Assembly: GCA_965203055.1 (NCBI GenBank)
Contig: OZ241863.1
Coordinates: 2,528,001 to 2,592,000 of the forward strand
Reading direction: 5' to 3'
Length of the DNA: 64,000 nucleotides
Source of the DNA: Spirochaetia bacterium
GTDB lineage: Bacteria > Spirochaetota > Spirochaetia > SZUA-6 > Bin103
Shown: positions 51,091 to 63,448 of the stretch, piece by piece
How the letters are laid out: each line of letters begins with the position of its first letter
Numbering within the stretch: the stretch's first letter is position 1
The notes under the pieces: generated by a model
Database searches by the model: none
What the model saw: the letters and a program-made list of their open reading frames with translations, nothing else
Told to the model about the DNA's origin: nothing
Position numbers and translations under genes: made by a program

Positions 51091-51840
51091 CTACAACCGG
51101 TACACCGTGACCTCGCCGCGGCGCTGGCGGCGGCGCCGGCGGGAGGAGCTCGATTCGGCGCCGGCGGCGGCTACCGATTGCGGGGTACCCGGGGCGCGCC
51201 GGCGGCGGGCGGGGCCGGCGCTGACCGCGGGCTGAGGTCCGGCCGGTGCCTGCCGGGCGCCGCCAGAAGCAGGCGCGGCGCGGGCTTCGCCCGCCGCGGG
51301 CCAGCCGTCCGCCGCGGCCGCATCCTCCACGTTGCCGGCCACCGCGTGCGGCAGGCCGCCGGAGCGATCGGCGCGGGCCGCCGGAGGCGGGCGCCTCAGC
51401 ACCGTCTTCAGGGTAAGGAAGGCGAACATCACCAGGCCGAGGAACAGGCCGAGGGCAAGTACGTTGAACGGTTCGTGCGGCAGCGACGGCCGGGGCTGCA
51501 CCAGGGGGCCTACGTCGGCGAAGTCGGGCGCGTAGGGAGAGGCGCTGCCGGCAGGCGGTTCGGGCTGCGGTCCCACGCCGATCACCAGTTCGTCGGCGCG
51601 GTAGTAGCCGACGTCGCGCGCCAGCAGGCGCAGCAGCTCCGGTTCGGTGCGCAACAGGTGCTGCAGCCGCTGCAGGTGCGCGTGGCGCTGCTCGAGCGCT
51701 GCAATGCCGGACGCGATGCGCCGTTCATGGTCCTGCAGCCGGCGATAGTTGAGCAGCCCGGAGGCGCCGAACAGGAACGAAAGCAGGGTGGCGACGACGA
51801 AGCCTGCCACCGCGCAATAGAACAGACGCGGGACACTCAC
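51091..51840 (-). CDS. Septum formation initiator (FtsB/DivIC-like) protein with a second TM and low-complexity tail
   Basis: N-terminal TM, FGASGL, coiled coil, ARDVGY...E. Confidence 0.6.
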   Translation of the reverse strand: MSVPRLFYCAVAGFVVATLLSFLFGASGLLNYRRLQDHERRIASGIAALEQRHAHLQRLQHLLRTEPELLRLLARDVGYYRADELVIGVGPQPEPPAGSASPYAPDFADVGPLVQPRPSLPHEPFNVLALGLFLGLVMFAFLTLKTVLRRPPPAARADRSGGLPHAVAGNVEDAAAADGWPAAGEARAAPASGGARQAPAGPQPAVSAGPARRRRAPGTPQSVAAAGAESSSSRRRRRQRRGEVTVYRL

Positions 51841-51925
51841 TCACTCTAGACACGGCAGTCATGCCGCGCGCCTTGAATCGGGCCGCAATCATACTGCGCG
51901 GTTACGCCGCCGATATTATAGGCAC

Positions 51926-53050
51926 TTGGTTGAACTTATGGAGCACGTAACGACCCCCATTCCGAACGGGCCGCAGCACGGCGGACCGCAAGGCGCCAAT
52001 CTGGAAGCCTACGGCGACTGGGTGACCATAGACGTAGACGCCGGGCCGGCGGCGGGCGCCGGAACGCAACCGGCGGCCGCCGGAGCGGAGCCGGAGGTTG
52101 CCTGGCAGTTGCCGGACAGCAGGACCGCTCAGGAGCTGACGACCGCCGAAGAGGAACTGCTCGACCAGCTCGGCGAGCGCGAACGGGCAGCCGCCGCGGC
52201 CCTGCCGGCCGCCGCGCCCGCGCCGGCCGGCGCGGGCGCGCACGCCACCAACGCGGCGCTGGCCAAGCTCGAACGACAGCTTTCCTCGCTGAGCGCGGAG
52301 CTGAAGGCAGTCGGCCAGCAACTCGCGGAACTGCGCGGCCGGGCCGAGCCGGCCCCGGTGACGGCGCCGGAACCGGCCGGCGAACCCGCGCCGCCGCCGG
52401 AGAACGCCGCCGCCGCCGGCGGGGTTCCGCCGGCCATCACCCTGGAGGAGCTGGAGAGCGAGGCGGTCACGCCCGCGGTTGCCGCCGAGTGGGGCGCGCA
52501 AGCGCTTCCCGGTGACGGCGGCGCGGCGCTGGCCGGCGCAGCGCCTCCGGTTCCCGAGGCCGCGCCGGCGCCGGCCGCGCCGGCGGTGACGCTCGAACCG
52601 CCGGACGCCCCCGAACCGCAGGCGCCCGCCGCGCAGGAGGCCCCCGCGCAGGAGGCCCCCGCGCAGGAGGCCCCGATTGCGCCGCCGGCGACCGTTGCGC
52701 CGCCGGCCGCCGCCCAACCGCAGGCGCCGCCCCCGCCGCCGGCCGCGCCGGAAGCGCCGGGGGAAGCCGGCGGTCCGGTCAGCATCGCGGTCACGGTCGA
52801 TCCCGCGCCTGAGTTGCCGGCTGCCGCGTTCGGCCAGGCGGCGCCCGCCGGCCAACCGGCGCCGGGCGCCGGCGGCGCGATCCCCGGCGCGGAGATCAGC
52901 GGGGAGGTGCGGGCGGAGGTGCGTTCCGTGCTCGCCTACCTCGACCAGCTACTCGACGCCCTGCCGCCGGATAAGGTCAGGGAGTTCGCCCAGTCCGAAC
53001 ACTTCGCTACCTACAAGAAGCTGTTCAGGGAATTCGGCCTCGATGACTAG
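51926..53050 (+). CDS. Hypothetical Pro/Ala-rich protein with a coiled coil and conserved-looking C-terminal helical domain
   Basis: YGDWV near the N-terminus; C-terminal VRSVLAYLDQLLDALPPDKVREFAQSEHFATYKKLF. Start uncertain. Confidence 0.7.
   Translation: MVELMEHVTTPIPNGPQHGGPQGANLEAYGDWVTIDVDAGPAAGAGTQPAAAGAEPEVAWQLPDSRTAQELTTAEEELLDQLGERERAAAAALPAAAPAPAGAGAHATNAALAKLERQLSSLSAELKAVGQQLAELRGRAEPAPVTAPEPAGEPAPPPENAAAAGGVPPAITLEELESEAVTPAVAAEWGAQALPGDGGAALAGAAPPVPEAAPAPAAPAVTLEPPDAPEPQAPAAQEAPAQEAPAQEAPIAPPATVAPPAAAQPQAPPPPPAAPEAPGEAGGPVSIAVTVDPAPELPAAAFGQAAPAGQPAPGAGGAIPGAEISGEVRAEVRSVLAYLDQLLDALPPDKVREFAQSEHFATYKKLFREFGLDD
52631..52675 (+). repeat. 15-bp tandem repeat x3 (AQEAP) inside the CDS
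   Basis: gcgcaggaggccccc repeated three times, the last copy with one mismatch. Confidence 0.9.
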
Positions 53051-54326
53051 CGCCGCGGAGACCGTACCAATCACCCGGCGGAACCTCTCCCACCATCGGT
53101 TCCTGCTGCGGTTGTTCGGCTTTGCCGCGGCCGGCTTTCTGGTATTCCTGGTCGGCTTTCTCGCGGTCCGACTCTACTCGACCCGCGAGGCCGGCGGGCG
53201 CACTGCGGCCAGCCACTTCGAACTGGTCAACAGCGAGTTGACCAACATATATCTGACGCAGGATCTCGGCTTCGCCGACTTCATGGCGGGCAACGACCGG
53301 CTCGCCGGCTTCGGGGAGGCCGCGCAGCGGCTGATCGGCGAGGCCGGGCTGGCGGCGCTGATCCTGCGCGCGCCGGGCGGCCTGCTCTACGCCTATGCGC
53401 CGGAGCGCGCCCTGTTCGAACCCGCGCAGGGGCCGCCCCAGCGGCTGCGCCTGCCGAGCCTTCACACCATGTTCGCCGCGCCCTTCGCCGGCGACCCGGC
53501 GGCCACTCTGACCGCCTCCTACCGGCTGGTATCGCAGGAACACGCCTTTCGCATCGTGCGCGACGGGCTGTTCCTGGTGCTGGCGTTCCTGCTCGCCTGC
53601 GCCATTGCGCTGCTGCTGATCGTGACGCTGACGCCGCGCCCCCTCACCGAGTCGCCGCCCGCGCCGCCGTTGCCCGCCACTATCGGCGTATCGGCGGCGG
53701 CCGACGTATCGGCGACGCCCGCCGCTGACGGCATGCCCACGGCTGACGGCATACCTGTCACTGCCGGCGTACCGGCCGCGGCCAGCTTCCCGGCAGCGGC
53801 CGCCGGACCCGCCGCGGCGGCCATCCCGAGCAATGGCGGCGCATCCGCCGGCAACTACTACGGCCTGGAGCCGCAGGACCAGTTCGGGCACCGGCTGCGG
53901 TCCGAGCTGGAGCGCGCCGCCGCCTACCATACCGACCTCAGCGTCGCGCTCGGCGTCCTGCTGGCCGCGGAGGCCACCACCGACGACAGCTCGGCGCGCC
54001 TGGCGGACCTGGTGCGGGAGCTGGCGCCGCTCCCGGAGCTGGCCTTCGCCTACGGCACCGCGGGGTTCGCGCTGGTCCTGCCGGAGACCAATCTCGACGG
54101 CGCGATGGCGCAACTGGAACCGTGGCGCCGCAGGGCGGCCGCCGCCGGACTGAGCATCGCCATCGGCGTCGGCGACCGCAGCGGCCGCTACCTCGACGGC
54201 GACCGGCTGCTGCTGGAGGTGGAGCAGGCGCTCGGCCGCGCGATGGCCAACGGCGGCCACAACCTGGTGGCGTTTCGCGCCGATCCGGCCAAGTACCGGG
54301 TACTGGAAGGCGCCGTCGGGCGGTAG
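53043..54326 (+). CDS. Membrane protein with a degenerate GGDEF-like domain
   Basis: Two TM segments, RLRSELERAA...DLSVAL, active-site position reads YGTAGF, SIAIGV, EVEQAL.RA. Confidence 0.7.
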   Translation: MTSAAETVPITRRNLSHHRFLLRLFGFAAAGFLVFLVGFLAVRLYSTREAGGRTAASHFELVNSELTNIYLTQDLGFADFMAGNDRLAGFGEAAQRLIGEAGLAALILRAPGGLLYAYAPERALFEPAQGPPQRLRLPSLHTMFAAPFAGDPAATLTASYRLVSQEHAFRIVRDGLFLVLAFLLACAIALLLIVTLTPRPLTESPPAPPLPATIGVSAAADVSATPAADGMPTADGIPVTAGVPAAASFPAAAAGPAAAAIPSNGGASAGNYYGLEPQDQFGHRLRSELERAAAYHTDLSVALGVLLAAEATTDDSSARLADLVRELAPLPELAFAYGTAGFALVLPETNLDGAMAQLEPWRRRAAAAGLSIAIGVGDRSGRYLDGDRLLLEVEQALGRAMANGGHNLVAFRADPAKYRVLEGAVGR

Positions 54327-54380
54327 CTCACCTGCGCCCGCCGGGCGCAGGCGCCGGGCGCGCCGCGCCTATAGCCTGGC

Positions 54381-55307
54381 CTAGTCGCGGAACGGAATCG
54401 CGATCTCCTGCAGGTCGCGGGTCAGGAAGGCGCCGGAGAACTCCGCCCGAGCCTCCCGCAGCAGGTGCTTCAGATCGCGCTCGGTGTAGCGCGGGCTGTA
54501 GTGGATCAGGCCCATGCGCCCTACCCGCGCCTTGCGGGCCAGAGCGCCGGCCTGGCGCGCGGTGAGGTGCTTCTTGTCGCGCGCGCTCTCGCGCAAGTCC
54601 TGGGCGAACATCCCCTCGCAGATCATCAGGTCCGCGTCCGCCACGAAGCCGTCGAGGCCGGACACCATCGCGGTGTCGGTCACGAACGCGAACTTGCGCC
54701 CGCGCCGCCGGGCGCCCATCACCTGGGACGACTCCACCACCCGGCCATCGTCCAGCGTGACCGCGGCGCCGCCCTGCAGCCGCCCCCACAGCGGCCCGCG
54801 CGGCACGCCGAGCGCCTCCGCGCGCTCGGGAAAGAACACCCCGGGGCGTTCATCCTCCACCAGCGTGTAGCCGAGACACGGCTTGGAGTGGCGCAGGCGA
54901 TAGGCGTGCACCTGGAAGCCGTCGCCGGCGACCAGCGGCCCGCTGTCGAAGGTCTCGTGGATCACGATCTCGTAGTTGATGTAGATGTCGAGCACGCGCA
55001 GACTCTGCTCCACGTAGGCGCGCACGCGCGGCGGCCCGTACACGTGCAGCGGCTCCGAGCGCTCCACCTGCGACGAGAGCGACAGCATGCCCGGCAGTCC
55101 GGTGACGTGGTCGGCGTGGGTGTGAGAGATGAAGATGTGCGAAATCTTCTTCCATCTCAGGTTGAGACGGCGGAACGCGATCTGGGTGGCCTCGCCGCAG
55201 TCGAACAGGAACAGATCGCCCTCGCGGCGCACCAGCACCGAGGTGAGCCCGCGGCCGGGCAGCGGCATCATCCCGCCGGTGCCAAGTATGAAGACCTCGA
55301 TATTCAT
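54381..55307 (-). CDS. rnz: Ribonuclease Z
   Basis: LGTGGMMP, FDCGE, HTHADH, FVTDT, KHLTA, HYSPRY. Confidence 0.95.
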   Translation of the reverse strand: MNIEVFILGTGGMMPLPGRGLTSVLVRREGDLFLFDCGEATQIAFRRLNLRWKKISHIFISHTHADHVTGLPGMLSLSSQVERSEPLHVYGPPRVRAYVEQSLRVLDIYINYEIVIHETFDSGPLVAGDGFQVHAYRLRHSKPCLGYTLVEDERPGVFFPERAEALGVPRGPLWGRLQGGAAVTLDDGRVVESSQVMGARRRGRKFAFVTDTAMVSGLDGFVADADLMICEGMFAQDLRESARDKKHLTARQAGALARKARVGRMGLIHYSPRYTERDLKHLLREARAEFSGAFLTRDLQEIAIPFRD

Positions 55308-55382
55308 GCCGGGCCGCAGCGCGCGGGGCAAGTATAGCGACGCCGCCGGAGCGCCGGCAACCCGGCGACTCGCAACGCGCGA

Positions 55383-56366
55383 TCAGCGGCGGCGGCCCGA
55401 GCCCGCGGCGCGGGCCAGAAAGCTCCGCACGTTCGGGATCATGGCGGACAGGATGAGGATGATGCCGATCACGCCGGCCTGCAGGTGCCCGGTGATGTTG
55501 CTGAGCGACATGCCGTTGCGCAGGTAGAGCACGATGAGGATCGACAGGAGCACGCCGTAGATCGAGCCTGCGCCGCCGAAGATGCTCACCCCGCCGAGCA
55601 GCACGATCGTGATGATGTCGAGCTCGAAGCCGAGCCCCATGTCCCCCCGCACGGTGCCGAGGCGCGCCGCGAACAGGATTCCCGCCAGCGCGGAGAGCAG
55701 TCCGGAGGTCGTGAACAGGAGCAGCTTGACCCGCGCGACGTCGATGCCGGAGTAGCGGGCCACCTCCTGGTTGATGCCGATGACCTGCACCTGCCGGCCG
55801 AACCCGCTGTACCGCAGGACGATCACCGCCAGCACCAGCAGGCCGAAGAAGACCAGCAGGGAGAGCGGGAACGGGCCGAGCAGCGGCTGCTGGCCGAGCG
55901 CCTCGAACCAAGCCGGGAACTCCTTGATCGACCGGTCTTCGATGAGCACGCGGGCGAATCCCCGAAAGCCGATCAGCATCGCCAGCGTCACCACCAGCGA
56001 CGGCAGGCGCGCCGCGGTGATCCAGAACCCGTTGAACGCGCCGCCGAGAATCCCGACCAGGAGGCAGATGACCAGCGCCGCCGGCGTGGGGACGCCCTGC
56101 TGGATCAGCCAGCCGAGGGCGCAGGCGGAGAGCCCCATCATCGACGCGACCGAAAGGTCGATCTCTCCGTTCAGGATCACGAAGGTCATGATGAGGACGA
56201 CGATCACCTTCTCGATCGAGAGGGCGAAGAGGTTGATCTGGTTGTCGACGCTGAGAAAGGACGGGGAGGTGACGGCGTTCATCGCCACGATGAGGAGCAG
56301 CAGCAGGGCGAGGAATCCCTCCCAGCTTCTGAGTCGGGCGCCGAGCGCGGCCGCCACGCCGCTCAT
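55383..56366 (-). CDS. Sugar (rhamnose-type) ABC transporter permease
   Basis: [38 protein letters not shown]. Confidence 0.88.
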   Translation of the reverse strand: MSGVAAALGARLRSWEGFLALLLLLIVAMNAVTSPSFLSVDNQINLFALSIEKVIVVLIMTFVILNGEIDLSVASMMGLSACALGWLIQQGVPTPAALVICLLVGILGGAFNGFWITAARLPSLVVTLAMLIGFRGFARVLIEDRSIKEFPAWFEALGQQPLLGPFPLSLLVFFGLLVLAVIVLRYSGFGRQVQVIGINQEVARYSGIDVARVKLLLFTTSGLLSALAGILFAARLGTVRGDMGLGFELDIITIVLLGGVSIFGGAGSIYGVLLSILIVLYLRNGMSLSNITGHLQAGVIGIILILSAMIPNVRSFLARAAGSGRRR

Positions 56367-57352
56367 CGGTTCCGCCGGCGCTTCATGAGCACGCTGTCGA
56401 GCGCGACCGAGGCCAGGATCAACAGGCCGAGCAGGGCGTCGCGCAGGAACTCGCTCACCTGCAGGGAGCGAATGAGGCTGTTTTCGAGGAGATCGATGAG
56501 GATCGCTCCCAGCACGGCGCCGAGGATGCTGCCGGAGCCGCCGAAGATGTTGACGCCGCCCACCACCACCGCGGCCACCGACTTGAGCTCCAGGCCGAGA
56601 CCCGCCACCACCGTGATGTTGCCGAACCGGGCCAGGAAGAGGAAACCGGCCAGCCCGGCCAGCGCCCCGCACAGCGTGAAGGCGGAGAACACGAGCCGCC
56701 GGGTCGGAAATCCGGCGCTGCGGGCGGCGTCGGGGTTCGAACCGATCGCGTAGAGCCGCCGGCCGAACGAGGAGTACCGGAGCAGGAGCTGGAAGAAGAC
56801 CGCCACGGCCAGCATGACCACCACCACCACCCGCAGATGCAACCGTCCCCAGCTCACCACGTTGAGGCGCGGGAGATCGAGCAGCCACTGGGGCAGGTCG
56901 ACCGTGAGGACCGTCTGCGCGCCGGAGTACTCGACCAGCAGGGTGCGGTAGAGGGCAAGGGTGCCGAGGGTGACGATGATGGCGGGCACCCGGCAGTAGG
57001 CGACCAGTACGCCGTTGCAGGCGCCGAGCGCGGCTCCCAGACCGACGCAGATCAGCACCGCCGCGAGCGGATGGATGTCGTTGGCGAGCGAGAGCTGGCG
57101 GCCCACGAAGTAGGCGGTGAAGCCGACGACGGAGCTGACGGAGAGGTCGATGTTGCGGGTGAGCACCACCAGCGTCTGGCCGATGGCGATGACGGCCAGG
57201 ATCGTGACGCTGGCCGACACTCGATTGAAGAGGCGAGCGCTCAGATAGTTCTCGATGAACAGGGAGAACCCGGCCAGCACCAGCACGATGAGCAGGACCA
57301 GCACGCCCTCGCGCCGCGTCTCCGCGCGCAGGCGGCCGGCGCCCGGTCTCAC
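56363..57352 (-). CDS. Sugar (rhamnose-type) ABC transporter permease
   Basis: [35 protein letters not shown]. Confidence 0.88.
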   Translation of the reverse strand: MRPGAGRLRAETRREGVLVLLIVLVLAGFSLFIENYLSARLFNRVSASVTILAVIAIGQTLVVLTRNIDLSVSSVVGFTAYFVGRQLSLANDIHPLAAVLICVGLGAALGACNGVLVAYCRVPAIIVTLGTLALYRTLLVEYSGAQTVLTVDLPQWLLDLPRLNVVSWGRLHLRVVVVVMLAVAVFFQLLLRYSSFGRRLYAIGSNPDAARSAGFPTRRLVFSAFTLCGALAGLAGFLFLARFGNITVVAGLGLELKSVAAVVVGGVNIFGGSGSILGAVLGAILIDLLENSLIRSLQVSEFLRDALLGLLILASVALDSVLMKRRRNR

Positions 57353-58926
57353 GACGCCGTATCCTCGGCGGCGGCCGCCGCCGGCCGGCCCCGCGCGCCG
57401 GTCGCCAGCGACATGACCGCCTCCTGGGTCGCTTCGTCCCGCCCCAGGATGCCCATCTGCCGCCCCTCGCGCATGACCAGGGTACGGTCGCTCATCGCCA
57501 GTACCTCCGGCAGATCGGAGGAGATGAAGATGATCGCCATCCCTTCCCCGGCCAGCTCGCGCACCATGGCGTGGACCTCGGCCTTGGCCCCTACGTCGAT
57601 CCCCCGGGTCGGCTCGTCGAGGACGAGGATCCTCGGCCGGGTATTGAGCCACTTGCCGAACATCACCTTCTGCTGGTTGCCGCCGGAAAGCTTGCCGACC
57701 ACGTGCGCCACGGAGGGCGCCTTGATCCGCAGCCGTTGCCGGAACCCTTCGGCCGCCGCCTCTTCCCCGGCGCGGCGGATGAGGCCGATCCGGGAGAGAT
57801 ACCGGCGGAGCACCGGCAACGTCACGTTGGCCGTGATCGACAGCGGCATGGCGAGCCCGAACTTGCGGCGGTCCTCGGTCATGTAGGCGATGCCGAGCTG
57901 CTGGGCGGCCCGGGGCGAGGCGATCCGCCGTTCCCGGCCGTCGATCTCGACGGCGCCGCGGTCGGCCGGCTGCATGCCGAACAGGGCAAGGCCCACGTCC
58001 GTGCGGCGCGACCCGACCAGCCCCGCGAATCCCAGCACCTCGCCGGCGTGCAGGTCGAAGTCGATGCCGGCAAAGACCCCCTCCAGGCCAAGGCCGCGCA
58101 CCCGACAGACCCGCTTGCCGATCGTCCGCGCCGGCCGCACCCCGTAGAACTGGCTCACGTCCCGGCCGACCATGTCGCGGATCAGCAGGTCGCGCGTCAC
58201 CTCCGCCGCGAGGCGGGTGGAGACGTGCCGGCCGTCGCGCAACACCGTGATCCGGTCCGCGATGCGGAACACTTCCTCCAGCCGGTGGGTGATGAAGATC
58301 ACCGCCACCCCCCGGTCGCGCAACTGGCGGGCCACCCGGAAGAGCTGCTCGACTTCATGTTCGGAGAGCGATGCGGTCGGCTCGTCCATGATGAGCACCT
58401 TCACGTCGAGCGAGATCGCCTTGGCGATCTCCACCTGCTGCTGCGCCGCCAGCGTAAGCCCTCGGGCCGGCGCCCGCACCTCGAGCCGGACGCCAAGGCT
58501 CAGCAGTATCTCCTCGGCGGCCGCGTACCGGCGCCTCCAGTTGACCAGCAGCCCCTGCTCGCGGTGGGTAATGAAGATGTTTTCGGCCACGTCGAGATCG
58601 GGGAACAGCAGCGGCTCCTGGTAGACGGCCGCCAGCCCGCTGGCCTGCGCCTCCTGGGCGTTGGCAAGGCGCACGGCCGCGCCGCCCACGATCACCTCAC
58701 CGGCGTCGCTTTGTTCGACGCCGGTCAGGATCTTGATGAAGGTCGACTTGCCGGCGCCGTTCTCGCCGACCAGGGCGTGGACCTCACCCGCGTGGAGCGA
58801 CAGGGAGACCTCCCGGAGCGCCTGCGTCATGTCGAAGCGCTTGGAGAGACCGCGCACCTCTAGCACCGGCGCGGCGGGGGAGCGAGCGGCCGGCGCGCCG
58901 CCGGCTCCCGCCGCTCCCTCCGTCAC
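57349..58926 (-). CDS. Sugar ABC transporter ATP-binding protein (double ATPase, RbsA/RhaT type)
   Basis: [35 protein letters not shown]. Confidence 0.95.
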   Translation of the reverse strand: MTEGAAGAGGAPAARSPAAPVLEVRGLSKRFDMTQALREVSLSLHAGEVHALVGENGAGKSTFIKILTGVEQSDAGEVIVGGAAVRLANAQEAQASGLAAVYQEPLLFPDLDVAENIFITHREQGLLVNWRRRYAAAEEILLSLGVRLEVRAPARGLTLAAQQQVEIAKAISLDVKVLIMDEPTASLSEHEVEQLFRVARQLRDRGVAVIFITHRLEEVFRIADRITVLRDGRHVSTRLAAEVTRDLLIRDMVGRDVSQFYGVRPARTIGKRVCRVRGLGLEGVFAGIDFDLHAGEVLGFAGLVGSRRTDVGLALFGMQPADRGAVEIDGRERRIASPRAAQQLGIAYMTEDRRKFGLAMPLSITANVTLPVLRRYLSRIGLIRRAGEEAAAEGFRQRLRIKAPSVAHVVGKLSGGNQQKVMFGKWLNTRPRILVLDEPTRGIDVGAKAEVHAMVRELAGEGMAIIFISSDLPEVLAMSDRTLVMREGRQMGILGRDEATQEAVMSLATGARGRPAAAAAEDTAS

Positions 58927-58960
58927 GGTTCAGAGCTCATGGAGCGCGCGCCGCGCCGTG

Positions 58961-60001
58961 TCAGCGGGCCGCGGCCTCCACGTTGTTCCGGTCGTACACC
59001 GTGAACGGACCCATCAGCACCCGCAGTCCCTGCTCCCGGGTCGGATCTTCGTGGATGGTGTAGGTCCCCATGCGCCCGGCCTCGAAGGTCTCGCCCACGA
59101 CTCCCTCCATCTGCCCGGTGGCGATGAGATAGGTCACGTAGTAGGTGAGGTAGCCGAGATCGACGAAGCTCCAGAGCGCGAACTCCGGGGCGCAGCCGTT
59201 CATGGTGAAGCTCACCATCTCCGCCGGCAGGCCAAGGCCGCTCACCTTGATCTCGTCGCAGAGGTCCTCGTCCTGCAGCGCCTTGGCGGCGGCGGCGATG
59301 CCCACCGTGGTCGGGGCCATGATCAGCTCCATGTTCGGATACTTGTCGATGAGCGCCAATGCCTGGTTGTAGCTCTTCTCCGACTGATCGTCCCCGTAGA
59401 CCACGTCCACGAGATTGACCGCGGCGTACTTGGGATCCTCGAGGGCGTTCTCCATGGCGGCGATCCAGGAGTTCTGATTGGCGGCGTCCGGGGTCGCGGA
59501 GAGGACGGCGAAGTCGCCGCCGCCGGCGCCCAGAATGTTGAGCGCCATGTCGGCCATCACCACCCCGGTTTCGTCGAAGTCGACCTGGGCGACGAACACC
59601 TGTTCGCCCTTCGCCGACGGGATCTGAGAATCCCACGTCACCACCGTCAGCCCCCTGGCGCGCGCGGCGCGGGCGGCGGGGGCGATCTGGTCGCCGGCAT
59701 TGTTGGAGATCATGATGCCGTCCTGGCCCTGCGTGGCGGCGGTCGTCACGATCTCGATCTGGCCCGCTACGCTGTTCTCCGGGGTGGGTCCGATGAACTC
59801 CAGCGTACCCGGATTGCCGAGCTCCTCGTGCGCCTCCCGAGCTCCGGCATGCGCCTGGTCGAAGACCAGGATGCCGATGAACTTCGGCAGCAGGACGAGA
59901 TCGGCCTCCATGCCCTTCTTGGCCATGACCTGAGCGTTGGCGTAGCCCGCGCCCAGGAGCAGAGCGATTGCCGAAGCGGCAATAATTCGTCGGCGATTCA
60001 T
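58961..60001 (-). CDS. Sugar ABC transporter substrate-binding protein (RhaS/LsrB-like)
   Basis: Signal peptide, [34 protein letters not shown]...LGY. Confidence 0.85.
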   Translation of the reverse strand: MNRRRIIAASAIALLLGAGYANAQVMAKKGMEADLVLLPKFIGILVFDQAHAGAREAHEELGNPGTLEFIGPTPENSVAGQIEIVTTAATQGQDGIMISNNAGDQIAPAARAARARGLTVVTWDSQIPSAKGEQVFVAQVDFDETGVVMADMALNILGAGGGDFAVLSATPDAANQNSWIAAMENALEDPKYAAVNLVDVVYGDDQSEKSYNQALALIDKYPNMELIMAPTTVGIAAAAKALQDEDLCDEIKVSGLGLPAEMVSFTMNGCAPEFALWSFVDLGYLTYYVTYLIATGQMEGVVGETFEAGRMGTYTIHEDPTREQGLRVLMGPFTVYDRNNVEAAAR

Positions 60002-60132
60002 TTGACAGCCTCCGATATGGTGGTGTGGTACTGCGTTGCCAGCTTGGCAGGGCTCGGCGAGCAAGTCAAATCGGCGTGCCCTCCCCCTGGGATGATCTCG
60101 CGTTAGGGGCGGCGGCCGGGTACACTGGCCTC

Positions 60133-63100
60133 GTGGCCTACTTCACGACTTCGCCAACGATTCTGCCCAACCGCCCGCCGCGCATCGGCGAGCTGGTCGA
60201 GGTGCGCTCGCGCCGCTGGCTGGTGGAAGCGGTCGAGTCTCATCCGCTGTCCGACCGGGTGAGCCTGGCCTGCGCCGACGACGATGCCCAGGGCGAGACC
60301 ATGGAGGTCTACTGGGACCTGGAGCTCGACCGCCGCATCCTGGCGCAGGAGGGGTGGAGCGGCCTGGGCGCCAAGGGCTTCGACCCGCCGCAGCAGTTCG
60401 GCGCGTTCCTGCGCACGCTGCGCTGGAACTGCGTCACCGCCACCGATCCCAACCTGTTCCAGGCGCCGTTCCGGGCCGGCATCAAGATCGACGCCTACCA
60501 GATGGAACCGTTGCGCAAGGCGTTGCGCCTGGCCCGCGTCAACCTGTTCATCGCCGACGACACCGGCCTGGGCAAGACGATCGAAGCCGGCCTGATCGCC
60601 CGCGAGCTGATGCTGCGCAGGAAGGCGCGCACCGTGGTCGTGGCCGCCCCGGCCTCGGTGCTGGAGCAGTGGAAGGCGGAGCTGGAGGAACGGTTCGGGC
60701 TCCTGTTCGTGATCCTCGACCGCGCCTACCTGGCGGGGATGCGCCGCGAGCGCGGCTTCGGGGTCAATCCGTGGACCACCCACAGCCGCTTCATCGTGTC
60801 GCACAACCTGCTGATCGATCCGGCCTACGCCGATCCGCTGCGCGTGCGGCTCGGCCCCCTGGCGCCCGGCAGCCTGTTGATCCTGGACGAAGCCCACCAC
60901 GCGGCGCCGTCCAGCGGCGGGCGCTACGGCATCGAGACCCGGTTCACCCGCGCGGTGCGCGATCTGGGCGGCCGCTTCGAGCACCGCCTGTTCCTGTCCG
61001 CCACCCCGCACAACGGCCACTCCAACAGCTTCGCCACCCTGCTGGAGCTGCTCGATCCCTACCGCTTCACGCGCGGCGTGCCGGTGCGCGGCCGCGGCGC
61101 CCTGGACGAGGTGATGGTGCGCCGCATCAAGGAGGACCTGCGCGCGCTGCAGGGCGGATTCCCCCAGCGCGAGGTGCGCCGGATCGTGATCGACGGGCTG
61201 CCTGAGGAGGCGCCGGAACTGGTGCTGTCGCGGCTGCTCGACGAGTACCGCGGGGTGCGGGAGGAGCGGCTGCAGGCGATTCCGGCGCGGGAGCGCGCCG
61301 CCGCCGGGCTGCTGGTGGTGGGCCTGCAGCAGCGGCTGCTGTCGTCGATCGAGGCGTTCGCCATCTCGCTCCGGCGGCATCGCCGGACGGTCCGGGAGCA
61401 GTGGGAGCGGGCGGCGGCGAACGGCGAAGGGCGCGGCGCGGAGCAGGCCGCGGCGGACCTTGGCGCCGCGGTCGCTGAGGGCGCGGCGGCCCGGTTCGCC
61501 AGGCCGCCGGACGCCGACGACGAGCGCTCGGAGCAGACCGACGACGAGCGCGCGGCCGACGATGCGGTCCAGGTAGAGGCGGTCAATGCCGCAGCCGAGC
61601 GGGCCGCGGCCGGGCGCGCCGCGGTCAGGACGCCGGACGCCGCGGCGCTGTGGCGCCGGGAACAGGCGCTGCTGGAGCGGATGGAGCAGGCGGCGGACGC
61701 CGCGCGCGGCCGGCCCGACGCCAAGACGCGCGCGCTGGTCCGCTGGATCGAGGAGCATCTGTGCCCCGACCGGCCGCGCTGGAACCACCGGCGGGTGCTG
61801 ATCTTCACCGAGAACGTGGTCGGCACCAAGCGCTACCTGCGCGAGATGCTGGAGCAGGCCGTGGCCGGCACCGAGCTGGCCGAGGAGCGGATCGAGACGA
61901 TCGACGGCCAGACCACCGGCGCCAACCGCCGGGAGCTGCAGCGCCGCTTCAACGCCGACCCGGCGCAGGACCCGCTGCGCATCCTGATCGCCACCGACGC
62001 CGCGCGCGAGGGGCTCAACTTCCAGGCCCACTGCACCGACCTGTTTCACTTCGACCTGCCGTGGAATCCGGGCCGGATCGAGCAGCGCAACGGCCGCATC
62101 GACCGCAAGCTGCAACCGGCGCCGCGCGTGCGCTGCCACTACTTCGCGCTGCCGCAACGCGCCGAGGACCGCGTGCTGGAAGTGCTGGTGCGGAAGACGG
62201 AGACGATCAAGCGCGAGTTGGGCAGCCTCTCCCAGGTGATCGACGACGCCATCGAGCGCCGCCTGCGCGGCGGCATCCGCCACGCCGAAGCGGGGCGCCT
62301 GGCGCGGGCGATCGAAGCGGCCGACCTGGACCGGCAGAAGAAGCGGGTCGCGGCCGAGGAGCTGGAGGCGGCGCGGGCGCGGCAGGAGGACCTCAAGGAG
62401 CAGATCGAGCGCTGCCGCGGCCTGCTCGACCGCTCGCGCCGCTGGGCGCAGTTCACGCCGGAGCCGTTTCGCGCCGCGCTCTCCTGCTCGCTCGCCCTGA
62501 TCGGCGCCGAACCGCTGCGGGAAGGGCGCGCCGCGGACGGCGCGCCGGTATGGACCTTCCCGACGCTGACCGGCCAGGCGCGCGCGGACGCGAGCTGGGC
62601 CGTCACCCTGGACACGCTGCGCGCGCCGCGCAAGCGCAACCAGAAGCTGGCCGATTGGCGGCGCGATACGCCGCTCCGCCCGGTGGTGTTCGAGGATGCC
62701 GGCGTGCTCACCGACGCGACCGTGCACCTGCACCTGGAACAGCGCATGGCGCAGCGCCTGCTGGCCCGCTTCCGCGCCCAGGGCTTCATCCGTCACGACC
62801 TGTCCCGCGCCTGCCTGGTGGAGGCCGCCGACTCGATCCCGCGGGTGATCCTGCTGGGCCGGCTGTGCCTGTACGGGCGCGGCGCCGAGCGCCTGCACGA
62901 GGCCCTGACGCCGGTCGCCGCGCGCTGGATCGAGCCGTCGCGCCGTACCGGGCCGCTGCGGGCGTACGCCGGGGAGACCGAGGCGCGCACCCTCGAACGG
63001 CTGGAGGACGCGCTGCAGGACGCCCGAGCGCCCGGCGGCATGATCCCCCACCGACTGCTGGCCGTCGCCGACCGGGACATGGAAGAGCTGCTGCCGCAGC

Positions 63101-63441
63101 TCGAAGAGCGCGCCGGGAGCGCCGCCGCGAGCGCTGTGGAGGGTTTGCGCCGGCGTGGAGAGAGCGAAGCGCGGCAGCTCCGCGAGACCCTGGAACGCCA
63201 GCGCCGGCGGGTGCGGGCGGAGCTCGACCGGCACGACGCGGAGGCGGCGCAGCTCACCATTGAGTTCAGCGACGAGGAGCAGCGCCAGCGCCGGGCCGAC
63301 GTCGCCGCCTGGCGCCGCCGCCTCACGCAGTTCGACCGCGACCTGGAAACCGAACCGGCTCGCATCCGCGACTTCTACGAAGTGCGCGCGCAACGGGTCG
63401 AACCGGTGGGTCTGGTCTACCTGTGGCCGGACACCGGCTGA
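60133..63441 (+). CDS. drmD: DISARM-system SNF2-like helicase DrmD
   Basis: [79 protein letters not shown] and C-terminal [12 protein letters not shown]. Confidence 0.88.
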   Translation: MAYFTTSPTILPNRPPRIGELVEVRSRRWLVEAVESHPLSDRVSLACADDDAQGETMEVYWDLELDRRILAQEGWSGLGAKGFDPPQQFGAFLRTLRWNCVTATDPNLFQAPFRAGIKIDAYQMEPLRKALRLARVNLFIADDTGLGKTIEAGLIARELMLRRKARTVVVAAPASVLEQWKAELEERFGLLFVILDRAYLAGMRRERGFGVNPWTTHSRFIVSHNLLIDPAYADPLRVRLGPLAPGSLLILDEAHHAAPSSGGRYGIETRFTRAVRDLGGRFEHRLFLSATPHNGHSNSFATLLELLDPYRFTRGVPVRGRGALDEVMVRRIKEDLRALQGGFPQREVRRIVIDGLPEEAPELVLSRLLDEYRGVREERLQAIPARERAAAGLLVVGLQQRLLSSIEAFAISLRRHRRTVREQWERAAANGEGRGAEQAAADLGAAVAEGAAARFARPPDADDERSEQTDDERAADDAVQVEAVNAAAERAAAGRAAVRTPDAAALWRREQALLERMEQAADAARGRPDAKTRALVRWIEEHLCPDRPRWNHRRVLIFTENVVGTKRYLREMLEQAVAGTELAEERIETIDGQTTGANRRELQRRFNADPAQDPLRILIATDAAREGLNFQAHCTDLFHFDLPWNPGRIEQRNGRIDRKLQPAPRVRCHYFALPQRAEDRVLEVLVRKTETIKRELGSLSQVIDDAIERRLRGGIRHAEAGRLARAIEAADLDRQKKRVAAEELEAARARQEDLKEQIERCRGLLDRSRRWAQFTPEPFRAALSCSLALIGAEPLREGRAADGAPVWTFPTLTGQARADASWAVTLDTLRAPRKRNQKLADWRRDTPLRPVVFEDAGVLTDATVHLHLEQRMAQRLLARFRAQGFIRHDLSRACLVEAADSIPRVILLGRLCLYGRGAERLHEALTPVAARWIEPSRRTGPLRAYAGETEARTLERLEDALQDARAPGGMIPHRLLAVADRDMEELLPQLEERAGSAAASAVEGLRRRGESEARQLRETLERQRRRVRAELDRHDAEAAQLTIEFSDEEQRQRRADVAAWRRRLTQFDRDLETEPARIRDFYEVRAQRVEPVGLVYLWPDTG

Positions 63442-63448
63442 CGGACAG

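Noticed and set aside
60025..60050. LacI-like operator (TGGTACTGCGTTGCCA) upstream of the sugar SBP
   Set aside because: The symmetry is only partial and no regulator gene is nearby, so it cannot be told from chance.
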